This document shows, one piece after another, positions 1 to 12,878 of a DNA stretch of 64,000 bases. Position 1 is the first letter of the stretch, and each line of letters opens with the position of its first letter. This DNA is from Chiloscyllium plagiosum. Lineage: Eukaryota. The stretch covers positions 37,194,337 through 37,258,336 of the forward strand of contig NC_057718.1 of the NCBI RefSeq assembly GCF_004010195.1, read 5' to 3'. The notes beneath the pieces are model-generated. The model had not been told where the DNA came from and did no database searches. It worked only from the letters and a program-made list of their open reading frames with translations. The position numbers were made by a program, and so were the translations under genes.

Positions 1-292
1 CCTCATAGCATCAGAAACCCGGGTTCAATTCCTGCCTCGGGCGACTGTCTGTGCGGAGTTTGCACATTCTCCCTATGTCTGCATGGGTTTCCTCCGAATG
101 CTCCGGTTTCCTCCCACAGTCCAAAGATGTGCGGGTTGTGCAGGTTAGGTGAATTGGCCATGCTAAATTGCCTGTAGTGTTAGGTGAAGGGGTAAATGTA
201 GGGGAATGGGTCTGGGTGGGTTGCTCTTTGGAGGGTCGGTGTGGACTTGTTGGGCCGAAGGACCTGTTTCCTCACCGTAAATAATCTAAATC
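1..292 (+). mobile_element. HE1-like tRNA-derived SINE, 5' end cut by the window edge
   Basis: B-box-like ggttcaattcc, core ggagtttgcacattctccc...cccacagtccaaagatgtg, CR1-like 3' tail ggccgaagg...ctgtttc and (aatct)n end; several other copies in the window. Confidence 0.85.
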
Positions 293-1462
293 TCGTAATA
301 TGAGGTTTTTTTAAGATTGAACCAGGCTATCTTTCCTTTGCTGCACATTATGTATCTCTGAACATGATACTTTGTGCACTTATTATTAGAGTCATAGCAT
401 TCTACAGCACAGAAAAACGACCCTACTATCCATTGAGTCTATGCTCGTCAAAAACAATCATCTAATTATTCTAATCCAATTTTCCAGTACTTGAACCATT
501 GCATGTACATTTTGGCATCTAAAATACACATCTAAATACTATTTTCTATCTCCAACAGCCTTACAGCCAGTGAGTTTCAGATTCTCTACAAAGTCTGGAT
601 AAACAAAAAAAAATTCCTTTAATCCCCTCACAACCTCCTGACCCTTCCCTTAAGTCGACATCCTCTGGTCATTGATCCCTCCACCAAGGGGAAATGTTCC
701 TTCTGGTCTATCCAATCTGTGCCCTTCATAATTTTATTAATCTCAATCAAGATCCCCCTCAGTCCTCGCTGCTTTGAGGAAAACAACCCCGATCTGTCTA
801 ATCTCTTTTTGTAACTAAAACTCTCCAGCCCAGGCAACATCCTGTTAAATCTCTTCTTTACCCTTTCCACATCCCACCTGTAAAGTGGATCTCAGAACTG
901 CACACAATACTGTATCTGTGGACCAATCAATTTCCAGTATAACATCCATGCTGTTAAATTCTATGCCTTGGCTAATAAAGATGAGTGACACATATAACGT
1001 ATTAACCATTTTATCTACCTGTCCTGCTAGCTTAATGAGGAGTGGACATGTACAGTAAAGTCCCCCGATCCTTGGTGCTTCCTTACTGTTCATTATGTAT
1101 TTCCTTGTCTTGTTTGTCCTTCCCAACTTCATCAAACTGAATTCCATTTGCCGCTGATCAGCTGACCTGACCAGCCCTTCTATATCCTCCTCACTTTTTA
1201 CTACCCCAACCAATCTTAATATCATTTGCAAACTTAATGATCAGCCCTCCTATGTTCAAGTCTAAATTATTAATGTATACCACAAACAGAGAGGGTCCAG
1301 CACTGATCCCTGTAGAATCCCACTATACACAGTTTTCCAGTCAAAATAACAGCCATCGACCATTACCTTCTCTTCCTGACATTCAGCCAGTTCTGGATCC
1401 AATTAGCCAAGTTTTCTTTGATCCCATGAATTTTTACCTTCATTGGCAATTTCCAAATCAAA

Positions 1463-1685
1463 ATCTGGAATGAGTGTCTGGAATTGATTGCCAGAGATGG
1501 TGGTAGAGGTGAATACAATTTTGTCATTTAAGAAACATTTGGACAGGTTAATGGATGGGATAGGTATGGAGAGATATGGACCAAACGTAGGCAAATGGGA
1601 CTAGTTTAATTGTGAAAACTGGCCAGCATGGACAAGTTGAGTTGAAGGGACTGTTTCCATGTTGTAAACCTCTATAAATCTATGA
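1463..1685 (+). mobile_element. HER1/CR1 LINE 3' end fragment nested in the older LINE
   Basis: ggaatgag..gccagagatggtggtagagg..catttggacagg..gggactag..gaagggactgtttcc with (ctatga)-type tail. Confidence 0.75.
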
Positions 1686-2027
1686 AAATCTTCGCTGAAG
1701 GTTCAAGTAGACTACACTAGATGCATTTCCCTCATCAGATAACCTGGTCACCTCTTCAAAAAATTCAATCAAGTTGGTTTGATATGACCTTCTCTTAACA
1801 AAATCATCCTGACTGTTCTTGATCAATCTCTGCCTCTCCTCAGAATTGCTTCCAATAGTCTCCCCACCACTGAGGTTAGACTGACCGGTCTGAAACTTCC
1901 CATTTTATCTCTTTGTCTCTCCTTGAATAACAGTATCACTTTGGCTGTCCTTCAGTTTTCTGATATCTCTCCTGTGGCCAGAGAGGATTTGAAAATTATT
2001 GCCTACACCTCTGCTATTTCCTCACTT

Positions 2028-2811
2028 GAGCTGAAGAGTGGCAGGTAGAGTTTAAATTATATAAATGTGAGGTCTTATATTTTGGAAAAGCAAATCAGGG
2101 CAGGACTTATACACTTAATGGTAAGGTCCTGAAGAGTGTTGCTGAACAAAGAGACCTTGGAGTACAAGTTCATAGTTCCTTGAAAGTAGAGTTGCATGTA
2201 GATAGGATAGTGAAGAAGGTGTTTGGTATGCTTTCCTTTATTGGTTAGAGCATTGAGTATAGAGTTGGGACTGTACAGGACATTAGTTAGGTCACTTTTG
2301 GAATATTGTGTGCAACTCTGGTCTCCCTTCTATCGGAACAATGTTGTGAAACTTGAAGGGGTTCAGCAATGATGTACAAGGATGTTGCCAGGGTTGGAGG
2401 GTTTGAGCTATTGGGAGAGGCTGAACAGGCTGAGGCTGTTTTTCCTGGAGCGTCGGAGGTTGCAGGGCGATCTTATAGAGGTTTATAATATCATGAGGGG
2501 CATGGATAGGGTAAATAGACAAGGTCTATAGAGGCCATAGGTTCAAGGTGAGAGGGGAAAGATTTAAAAGGGACCTAAGGGGCAACTATTTCAGGCATAG
2601 GGTGGTGCATGTATTGAATGAGCTGCCAGAGGAAGTGGTGGAGGCTGGTACAATTACAACAATTAAAAGGCATCTGGCTGGGTGTATGAATAGGAACGGT
2701 TTAGAGGGATATGGGCCAAATACTGGCAAATGGGACTAGACTAATTTAGGGTATGGGCAAGTTGGACCGAAGGGTCTATTTCCGTGCTGTCGACTCTGTG
2801 AGTCTATGACT
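2028..2811 (+). mobile_element. HER1/CR1 LINE 3' fragment
   Basis: ORF 2548-2739 (RGERFKRDLRGNYF..LNELPEEVVEAGTIT) is the CR1 ORF2 C-terminus; tail agtctatgac. Confidence 0.85.
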
Positions 2812-3866
2812 GTATAACTTGCCTCACTTAACAGCCTGGGCTTTATTTCATCCAACCCTGGAGATTTTAAACTTGCCAGGCCATTCAGAACCTCAATTTT
2901 GTCTGTCTTAATTTCTTTAAATGTATCACAATCTTTCTCCCTGATTGCTATACCCACATCAGCCTTTTCACACAAAGTAATCATTATGAACCCTACCAAC
3001 GTCCTCTGGCTCCATGCACAAATTACCATTGTGATCTTTAATAGGCCCTATGCTTTTGCAATTATGTTTTGATCCTTAAGGTACTTGTAAAATAACTGAG
3101 GATTTTCCTTTATATGACCAGCCATTATTTTTTCATGCCCCCTTTTTGTTGACCTAATTTATAAGCTTCTTCTTGCACATTCATACTCCTGCTATTTTGA
3201 GCCCTCAGAATCTGGCATAAGCTTCCCTTTCTCTGATCATCAATCCTGCATATCCCTTAATATCCAGTGTTCACAGAACTTGATGGTCCCACCATTTGCC
3301 TTTATTGGAACATGTTGGCCTTGTACTCTCTCTATTTCCTTTTTGAATGAAGTTTATGAAGGTTTGAAGGGCAAAAGCAGTGCAGCACTAAGACAGCTAT
3401 TTATTAATGAGTTCCTCCTCACAAGCATGCTGACCTTTGAATATTTAATTATTGAGAACAAAGCTACTTTTGTGGATTTGCTAAATTATTGTAAAGTGGG
3501 AGATAAGAGTATGAAGTTCTGAACAAAGAATCCAATGTTCAAAACAAATGTTTAATGTAAATGTAATCTGTACAGGATAGCAAACATCCTGGAAAAACAG
3601 GATGCTGTATTCCAAAATGCAACACTGTGTGTTGTCAATGTGTGTTGTCAATGCACTCGATTAGCCATGTAATTATCTGATTTTGTCCATATGTCATAAG
3701 GTAATGAAAATTTCACGGATAAGAAAAAGTGGTAAACTGTGCAATTATATACTCTTACTTCTATTTATACTTTCAGCTACTTTTGTTTTAGGTTTGTCCT
3801 GTGCTACACATCAATAGTATCTATCATGTGACTTTCAGACAATATTTGTATATTGGCTCCTTGATA

Positions 3867-4287
3867 GGAGGGTTTGAGCTATAGGGAGAGGCTGAATGGC
3901 CTGGGGCTATTTCCCCTGGAGTTTCGAAGGCTGAGGATTAGAAAATCATGAGGTGCATAAATAGGGTGAATAGCCAAGGTTTTTTCGCCGGGGTGGGGGA
4001 ATCCAAATCTGGAGGACATAAGTTTAAGGTGAGAGGGGAAAGATTTAAAAGGGTCCTAAGGGGCAACTTTTTCATGCAGAGAGTGGTGTGCATATGGAAT
4101 GAGCTGCTAGAGGAAGTGGTGGAGGCGGGTACAATTACAGCATTTAAAAGGCTGGATGGATATATAAATAGCAAGGTTTAGAGATATATGGGTGAAATGG
4201 GACTGGATTAATTTAGGATATCTGGTCAGCATGGATAAGTTGGACCGAAGGGTCTGTTTCCATGCTGTACATCTCTATGACTCTATG
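3867..4287 (+). mobile_element. HER1/CR1 LINE 3' fragment
   Basis: ORF 3948-4181 (GHKFKVRGERFKRVLRGNFFMQRVVCIWNELLEEVVEAG); tail ctctatgactctatg. Confidence 0.85.
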
Positions 4288-6424
4288 CTTGATCCTTTAA
4301 GATCAAGCAACTCAGGTTTCTTCTTGCAATTATTTTTATTGAAGTTATTTGTGAATTTTGTGATCTTGGCTCGGAAAGGGCAGTTTTTAGTTTTGTTGTC
4401 TCAATGGTAGCCAAATCTTCAGCCAAAACAAGCAGACCAATTTAATGTCGGCAACTGAAATGTATGCAGCTACATCAGAATGTGGACTTTGATTTTATAT
4501 GTGACCCCAAAGACAAGAGCTTGAACACCCTTGCCATATATTGATGATACACAGGCTCTCAGAATCTTTGTGGTCATTACTCTAGAACCAATGCCAGAGC
4601 TGTGACCTTGTGGTCATGTTATTCACTTTAGGATCTTCGCTGGCTTTCTACAGGGAAGTAACTGGCTTCCTGCTGAAATCAAGACGCTAGTGTGTAATAA
4701 ATTAAGAATGCGACTCTTTTCTGTTTCCTGTGGCATAATATGGTGTCATTACTTTGTTACAAAGCAGTCAGGGCTTCACATATTTTCACATATGTCCGAT
4801 TGGTCAGAGTCTGCATATGAATTTGAATTTGAATGTAACTCCACAACCTCCTCATAACTTTTCACCTATGATATTTTTGTAGTATAGAAGGAACAAGAGG
4901 CAACAGTTCAGAGAAGCATTGACAATAAAAGGTTAGATGAAACAAAATGAGATAAGATAGACTCTGACTGGGAGCAAAAAGATCAGAGGTTAGAGGTAGA
5001 TGGAACTTGTTTCTCATACTTCTTGGATCTGATCCAGAAATATGAGGAAAAAAATGATGACTTCCACAAAAGCAACAGTACACATTGACTAGCCATATGC
5101 TTTTTACAGAATTGGCAGTTTAAGGAAAAACAACTGTTTTATCGTAAAGAGAAAACAAAACACTTCTTAGATACTGTTTTAAAGAGAGACTCCACTTGAA
5201 AGAACAGAGCATAGTTTGGTCCAGAATTTTGATAAATTAAGATTGACAAATACAAGGTATTACCCATATGAGATCTGCTTTTCTACAACTGAAATATAGA
5301 AGTTTTCTTTTCATAAGGAAGCAGTTGAAATAGATTACTGTTTTCATGTGGTATTCTACTGGAAGCTTAAAGGATTATCCTGTACTGAATGTTAAAATAA
5401 CTGAAAACTTCTTTAGGGATCTCATAACTTTAATAAAATCCATGATCTAACTCCATTATTATGGTTTGTAAAAAAATTTCATTGTTAAACCCACACATGT
5501 TGCACTCAAAAATTATTACAAGTTCCAACTGCACAATAGCCTCTTTCATGTATCACAGACATCTGGCAGGTTTCCTGGTAATATTCAAAAACATGTTTTC
5601 GAATAGTAGTATGGTAGCAAGTAAAAACACTGCAACAATTGATGCAAATTACTTTGGGAGAAAAATAAAACATTTTTTTCAAAATACAACATAAATGGAG
5701 CATGGGGAGTAAAATAAATTAATCTGCTTTAAGAGATTCTCTTTCAGCTTATGCAGGTTTTGGAAATTATGAGAAGCTTATATATATGTCATTTTGGAAA
5801 GGTAGTTCAATGCAGAATAATGGAGATAACCAAGATGTACCATTTTGTTTGCATGTTGCAGATAGCTTCTAATGGATAAGAATGAACCCACAGTGCATTA
5901 AAAGATTCTGCATTCTTCAAACAGTTCCCAATTGCACATTGTTGAACACCTGATAGCCAGTTGGTGAAGAAGAGAAAACACAGCCAGTCTTCACTTGGAA
6001 TATATTTATTCACAGAGTCAAACATTAGTGGTAAAATGTATGTCTCCTAACTCCACTCTGTGACCAAAGTTGTCTCTTTATATGCACCCACATTGGAGGA
6101 AGTGAGGATTACAGATGCTGGAGATCCAATTAATGTCCTCTATCTGCATGTGCTTAACTCCAACTGAAACAATGCTTTCACAGTGTAAATGATGGCCAGT
6201 GGTGGAATTCAGAATGAGGATAGCAGGACTACCTGTTTCAGTGACATGAACAGACAGTTAACATGTTTTCCTTCATGTGTCCCTCTCGTTTCAGTAGGTT
6301 TGAGCTGTCAAATCTCAGTTCCTCCTTATGCAATCAGCATAATGTTGCTTTCTTTGCGTATCTAATTGTTTTCAAAATTTCAGGCACAATTTGAACAGGA
6401 CAATCTTACTCTGTTTTCTAGAAT

Positions 6425-6592
6425 CAAGAAGGAGTTAGACAGTTATTAAGGTTAAATAAATCAAAGGGTATGGGGTGAAAGCAAGAGCATGGTACTGAGT
6501 TGGATGATCAGCCATGATGGTATCGAATGGCAGAGCAAGCTTAAAGGGCTGAATGGCCGCCTCCTCTTCCTATTTACTATGTTTCAGTGTTT
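6425..6592 (+). mobile_element. CR1 LINE 3' tail fragment, second subfamily
   Basis: ggatgatcagccatgat..gaatggcagagcaagcttaaagggctgaatggcc..cctatttactatgtttc. Confidence 0.6.
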
Positions 6593-7688
6593 CTGAGCTT
6601 CAGCTTCATATATATTGCTGTGGGCTTATATAGTCACCTCTTCTTCATCTGAATGGTGACTGGAATTACTTCTTTCTGGGAATTATCACATCCAATTATT
6701 TGAAATAGTTTATGGTTGCTATGTCTAAAATATTTTCAAACATTTTGTCATCTTCCACCGTTTCGATAACATTTTGTTCTTTTCTCTCCCTCCTGCTGAC
6801 TTTGTTGCTCAGTCCCTGGTAACTCTTTTACCATTTTCTTTCTCTTTTTGCAAAGCTTTTCCCAGTGATTGGGCTTTGCATGAACTCTGCAGTTTGATTA
6901 TGATACAGGACATTTCCTTTTGTCTGTGAACTCATGTAGTCACTTGCATGTCTCTCTCACTGGCATATATCCCTTTGTTGCTGTTTCATCGTATCGGTCC
7001 TGCTGCCTTTGTCTTCACTTCAATGAAGGTTAGCCATTTGGGTAGTCAATGTCTTCATCTGTCTCCTTGAGACTTCATCTACGCTGGCAATGTCTGTAAC
7101 CACTGATATTGTGGGCTTGTCCTTTTCAGTCATAATTTTGTGTACTTCAGGGTGCACTAAGCCCCTACGTACCTGATCTAACAGCCTTGTAGCTGTTACT
7201 TCGCATTTCCATTTGTTGGCTTTAGTTCTCATCTTTTTAAGAAACTGTCAACAGGCCCACATTATTTCTGCCTCAGGCTCAGAAACTTATGTCAGTGGAT
7301 CTGATGACTGAACCTTAACTGGGAATGTGTACTAATGTTCTCAACTTTGCTATATAGTTGATTTTAATGTCATCCTCATTGATCTCGGAGCTATTAAACT
7401 GCCTTTACCATCTGCCCATGAAAGAATGTAACTGACTCCTTTCCTTTTCATTAATGCCTTTTAGAAAATGACTGAAAATCAGTATGAGTTTTTGTTTAAA
7501 CTTCCCTGGTGCATGAACAGCCTTCCAATTTATCTAGGGCTCGAGCTGTGTGTGAGACAAGAGCCATTTTGATTTTGTATAATTCACTCAGTTTTTCTCT
7601 CCTTCTCTGGCACTAATTCAGGTTGATTCCTCTAAACCTAACTTAACATTAAACTGAATTCTCAATACTGGAGCATTGTTGAACACAT

Positions 7689-8361
7689 ATAGAGCCACAG
7701 AGTCATACGGCATGGAAACAGACCCTTTGACTATGGCTCCAGTGAAAAAAGTCCCAGACTACCTAGCCGCTCCCCATAACTCAAACCCTCCATTCCCAGC
7801 AATGTCCTCATAAATCTCTTCTGAACCCTCTCCAGCTTAATAATATCCTTCCTATAACAAGCAACCAGAACTGGACACAGTACTCCTGAAGGGGTCTCAC
7901 CAACGTCCTGTACAACATCAACATAATGTCCTAACTCCTATACTCAAACATCTGAGCAATGAAGGCAAGCATGCTAAACGCCTTCTTAACCACCCTATCC
8001 GTATGTGTTGTAAACTTCAAAGAATTATGTACCTGAACCCCGAGTTCTCTCTGTTCCACAATATTACTCAATGCCCTACTTTTAATTGTATAAGTCCTGC
8101 CCTTGATTGTTTTACCAAAACACAATATCGCACATTTATCCAAAGTAAACTCCATTTGCCACTCTTCATCCCATTGACCCAATTGATCAAGATCTGTTTG
8201 TAATCTTAGATAACCTTCTTCACTGTCTAATTTACCACCAATCTTGGTGTCATCCACAAACTTGTTAACCATGCCTTCTGCGTTCTCATCCAAATGATTT
8301 ATATAAATGACAAATAAAAGTGGACCCAGCACCGAAACCCGTGGAACACTGCTGGTCACAT
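7689..8361 (-). mobile_element. CR1 LINE RT fragment with internal deletion and 3' tail
   Basis: ORF 7931-8359 (SVPRVSVLGPLLFVIYINHLD..KFVDDTKIGG) matches the GVPQGSVLGP and FADD RT motifs. Confidence 0.85.
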
Positions 8362-9476
8362 GATTACACCATGTACTGTGTACTGATACATTGACAATTC
8401 AATCCCAAGACTATAGTGTGGTAGTGGGTGAAGTGGAAGTCTGGTTAATTATGCATACATATAGATCCCAAGTTACAATGGAGTAATATAACAAATTAGG
8501 GGGAATATATTTAAGGAGAATTTAGTTAAACATATGGGGGAGAAATGAATGGAAGATATGCTGATAACATGAGACTAAGACGGATGGGAGGGGTTGTTGT
8601 AAAGAGCTAAGGCTAGTGTAAACCAGATGGAGAAATTCACTGAACTTGACCATTGATGTGGGGTCATTGAACTCCTGGAACCCTGAGGCTTCATTGATGC
8701 CATTGATCACCATGGCTGTCTGTCCGGCTGCCTTCACACAATTCAAGCGCTAATTAGGACTAATGAGCTGTTTCTCTAGTGTATACATTATACATGGTTC
8801 TCTGTAACTATTTTCCATTTTAATTTTCCTTATTCTGAAAAAGGATATTTAACTATTCTGAATTTCTCAAACTTCTTCCTTGGTTAAATAGCCACCTTCC
8901 CAAACATCAATTGAAGTGAACTTTTTGTTCAGTACCTGTTTAGTGCTTCAGTACTATGTAAATGTGATAGATCCCATCACTATCATTTGAATGAAATACA
9001 AGTTTTTGCAGCTATGAATCTGTGAGCATTCTCCCATTTCCCTCATAACGGTTTGCTGTTAAATTCCTGCCCATGCCATTGTGGAAGGACAGAATTTGCT
9101 ATGAAACATAAATTCATAAAATCATAGAATGGTCACAGCACACCCACACAATTCTTTTTTCTCTTTGTGGTTTGAAATTAAAACAGCATTCGGTGCAGCT
9201 TCAAGTGAAAGTCCATGAAACACAGCTGACAGCTGCACTGTGTATGGAGGAAAGGGAGAAGGATGTGATTCTGTGAACTGGGACAATGATTTCCTAGTAT
9301 TTAACAAACCATTACTCTACGATCATTAAGCAGAAGTTTGCAGCTCTTCCCAGTGAGGTCTGCAGTGCTCCACCCAGCCATTGAAATAAAAACTTCTGAA
9401 TATAAAGAAAGAGGATATTCAAATACAATGATTGCATTAGTTCAGGGGATAAAAGACAGGATATAGGTAAGTTATA

Positions 9477-9680
9477 CTGGGGCTTCCTTATTTACAAATG
9501 TTTGACTTACGAATGATTGCACTTATGAAGCAATCCTACACTGGGGTGTATTATTAATACTTTCAAATAAAGATCTCATCATACTTACAAACAGCTATTT
9601 TATATTGTCCAGCAATGTGTACAAGTCAACTTGTGAATAGATTCAAGAATGGAACACATTTGTAACCTGGGGACTGCCTG
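9477..9680. mobile_element. Degenerate Tigger/pogo-type MITE
   Basis: Right end reads (rc) caggcagtccccaggttacaaatg; left end ctggggcttccttatttacaaatg after TA; internal acttacgaa-like subrepeats. Confidence 0.5.
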
Positions 9681-9820
9681 TTTGTGTGACTAGCTCAAAG
9701 GAATCATACTATAATAGATTTATTTGTTTCATGAAAGATACTAAAGATGTAAGAACATACAGCATAAGAATTGTTAGCAATGTGAATTTGGAACTCCCTT
9801 CCTAACATTACAATGGAGTA

Positions 9821-10463
9821 TTTCATTTATCTATTCATGGGACATGGGCGTGGCTGGCTGGGCCAGCATTTATTGCTCATCTCTAGTTACCCTTGAGAAG
9901 GTGGTAGTGAGCTGCCTTCTTGAACCACTGCATTCCATGTGCTGTAGGTAGACATACAATGCTGTTAGAGAGGGAATTCCTGGACTTTGACTCAGCGACA
10001 CTGAAGAAATGGTAAGATATTTCCAATCAGGATGGTGAGTGCCATGGAGGAGAAATTAGAGATGGTGGTGTTGCCATGTATTGACTGCCCTTGTCTTTCT
10101 AGATGGTAGTGTGGATTTGAAAGGTGCTAATTAAGGAGCCCTTTTGAATTTCTGCAGTACATCATGGAGATAGTACACACCACCATGACTGAGAGTTGCT
10201 GGTGGAGGGAGTGAATGTGGTACCAATCAAGCTGGATGCTTTGCTCTGGAGGGTGTCAAGCTTCTCAAGTGTTGGTACAGCAACACTCATCGCGGCAACT
10301 GGGGAGAATTCCATCCCACTCTTGACATGTATCTTGTAGGTAGTGGACAGGCTTTGAGGAGTCAGGAGGTCAGTTAGTAGCTGCAGGATTCCTACTTCTG
10401 ACCAGCTCTTGTAACCATGGCCTTTTTATGACCTGTCTAGTTCGGTTTCTGGTCAATGGTAAC
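9821..10463 (-). mobile_element. Old LINE 3' region (CR1/L2-group family with tail gccagc..gcccatgtcccatgaat)
   Basis: Same family as 22853-25670 and tail pieces at 10490-10870 and 20820-20860. Confidence 0.6.
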
Positions 10464-10525
10464 CCACATGAACTGCAGCACCAAGAAGAAGGTTCACCAT
10501 CACCTTCTCATGGACACACTAAGTA

Positions 10526-10814
10526 GGTGGCACGGTGGCCCAGTGGTTAGCACTGCTGCCTCACAGCACCAGGGTCCCAGGTTCGATTCCAGCCTTGGCC
10601 TGTCTGTGTGGAGTTTGCACATTCTCCCTGTGTCTATGTGGGTTTCCTCCCACAGTCCAAAGATGTGCAGGTCAGGTGTCAGGTGAATTGGCCATGCTAA
10701 ATTGCCCATAGTGTTAGGTGCATTAGTTAAAGGGAAATGGGTCTGGGTGGGTTACTCTTCAGAGGGTCAGGTTGGGCTAAAGGGCCTGTTTCCACACTGT
10801 AGGAAACCTAATCT
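10526..10814 (+). mobile_element. HE1-like SINE, near full length, inserted in a LINE tail
   Basis: A-box tggcccagtggtta, B-box ggttcgattcc, conserved core, CR1-like tail. Confidence 0.88.
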
Positions 10815-11486
10815 TAAAAAAAGTACTAGGCTTTGTGGCAATGCCCACTTCCCCATAAACAATAATAAATAAAGTTACAAGACAAATGCACTTTGACAGA
10901 TACTGATTCCAACACCCACTTTTCCACCATATCTCTGAGCTTCTCACTTCCAGAAAGGTACAAATATCTTTTGAAAATATTGATGCTATTAACTTCAATG
11001 ATCTTCTCTGGTAACATCCCATAAGTCAATGTGATCCCTGCTTCTTCCTTTCCTACTACTTCCCAAATTTAATTTGCTGCTTAATTTAGTTCTTGAACCA
11101 CTTGCTGTGCTAAGCAATGGCTTGTGATGATTTGAAAAGCCAATAATTTTGGTTGCTTCTTAAATGAGGATCTAAACCCATTGGATAGCTATCATTATGA
11201 TATTGCTTCAAATAAATCAAACCTTCTGCAGAAAAGTCATGTGGATTTGATAACAACCAGGATCATTTGCTTGTGGGACCTTGAAATTTCTGAAATATGC
11301 AAAAATGTATTTTGAAATGGGAGATTTGACATTACTTATTCATTCTTCATTCCATTCTTACATTACTTAAAATATTAAACATATTAATTGAGGTGGATAC
11401 AGAGACACCCTCCATTTTAATGAATAATTGAGAATAAGGGGATATATGAAATTGGATTCTAAGGGGGGGTGGGTTTTAATGTTATA

Positions 11487-11705
11487 CAGTCGGTTCTGCT
11501 ATAACGTGTGCTTCTTCAATGCAAATGGGCTTTTATGTGATTGAAGAATTTAGACTGTTATTTGTAGAACGCAAACTGTCCTTATCTGTATTGGCCGTAA
11601 TGCAATTCTGACCTCATTAGTTTAAATGGTGCTGCTATTGCACTATTTCCTAATAACACAAGATTGCACGAGAACGGAATTGTCACGTTATGTCCGAATC
11701 GACTG
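11487..11705. mobile_element. Tigger/pogo-type MITE (219 bp) with TA target duplication
   Basis: TA|cagtcggttctgctataacgtg ... cacgttatgtccgaatcgactg|TA: about 22-bp imperfect TIRs starting CAGT. Confidence 0.8.
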
Positions 11706-11917
11706 TACTGGAGTTTTGCTGAGTGATGGAAATGAAGGCAATGGTCCAAGAGGGGACAAGACTTCAGTTCAATGTATCAGGATTAGGAGAGTGGATAGCA
11801 GCCTCTCTGTGTGAAATCAACCAATGACAAAAGAGGGTTCTGTAACCAATAAAAAGTCTAGGCTGGGACAGAGGTTTTGTGCAAACAACAGATAGTTGGT
11901 GAAAACAAAGCAGTTCA

Positions 11918-12342
11918 AGTCATAGAGTCATAGAGATGTACAGCACAGAAACAGACCCTTCGTCCAACTTGTCCATGCCGACCAGATATCCCAACCCAAT
12001 CTAGTCCCATCTGCCAGCACCCGGTCCATATCCCTCCAAACCCTTCCTATTCATATACCCATCCAGATACCTTTTAAATGTTACAATTGTACCAACCTCC
12101 ACCACTTCCTCTGTCAGCCCATTCCACATACACACCACCTTCTGCATGAAAAAATTGCCCTTTAGGTCTCTTCTGTGTTTTCCCTCTCCTATGCCCTCTA
12201 GTTCTGGATGGCCCCACCCCAGGGAAAAGACCTGGTCTATTTATCCTATCCATGCCCGTCATGATTTTATAAACCTCTATAAGGTCACTCCTCAGCCTCC
12301 ACGCTCCAGAGAGCCTATTCAGCCTCTCCCAATAGCTCAAAT
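11918..12342 (-). mobile_element. HER1/CR1 LINE 3' fragment
   Basis: Starts with rc tail catagagtcatagag; ORF 12074-12358 (LSYWERLNRL..RLRSDLIEVYKIM). Confidence 0.85.
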
Positions 12343-12674
12343 AAGTTGGAGCTGGCAATGAATTTAAAAGCCTCTCACTGTCTCAACCTTTCTTTATTTC
12401 CTACAGCAGGCTCAAAAAAGTTAGCAAGTGGAAACATACGGGCTTCTCCACATTTACCATCCCAATTTGCAGCTGGTGCTGGGAGCAGGCCCATTATCCT
12501 CCCATTGTCCCTGCTCTCAACATTTTTCCCATCTGCTTCCCAGAAGTTTTAGCAGGTAATAACAAACCTGTACACAATTGATTCTTTAAAAAGCTTGGAA
12601 GCCTGTTGATTGATGATTTGAAAACGGCAGACAAGCTTTCACTCTCCTTGTGTAGTAGATGACCTGGTGTGATG

Positions 12675-12878
12675 CCCCTCCCCCAAGTCCCTCCTCCCTA
12701 CCTTTTATCTCAAATCCATTGAACTCAGCACTGCCTTCCTAACCTGCAATCTCACCGCCCCCACCCCAGTCTGACCTACCACCCTCACCTTGACCTCTTT
12801 CCACCTATCGCATTTCCGACGCCCCTCCCCCAAGTCCCTCCTCCCTACCTTTTATCTTAGCCTGCTGGAACAGCAACA
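12675..12878 (+). mobile_element. Penelope-like C-rich 3' fragment with 14-bp TSD and internal 37-bp direct repeat
   Basis: TSD gacctggtgtgatg at 12661-12674 and 12879-12892; gcccctcccccaagtccctcctccctaccttttatct at 12674-12710 and 12821-12857. Confidence 0.7.

Larger units (their letters stand above)
387..3348 (-). mobile_element. Decayed CR1-clade LINE ORF2/3' region, interrupted by two plus-strand LINE 3' fragments
   Basis: Minus ORFs 628-870 (RFNRMLPGLESFSY..RLDRSGLFS), 845-1231 and 2736-3029 (KSPGLDEIKPRLL) resemble CR1 ORF2; many stops and frameshifts. Confidence 0.75.

Noticed and set aside
12407-12555. Plus-strand exon-like segment with one open frame (RLKKVSKWKH...)
   Set aside because: No recognisable protein and no partner exons; likely a pseudo-exon
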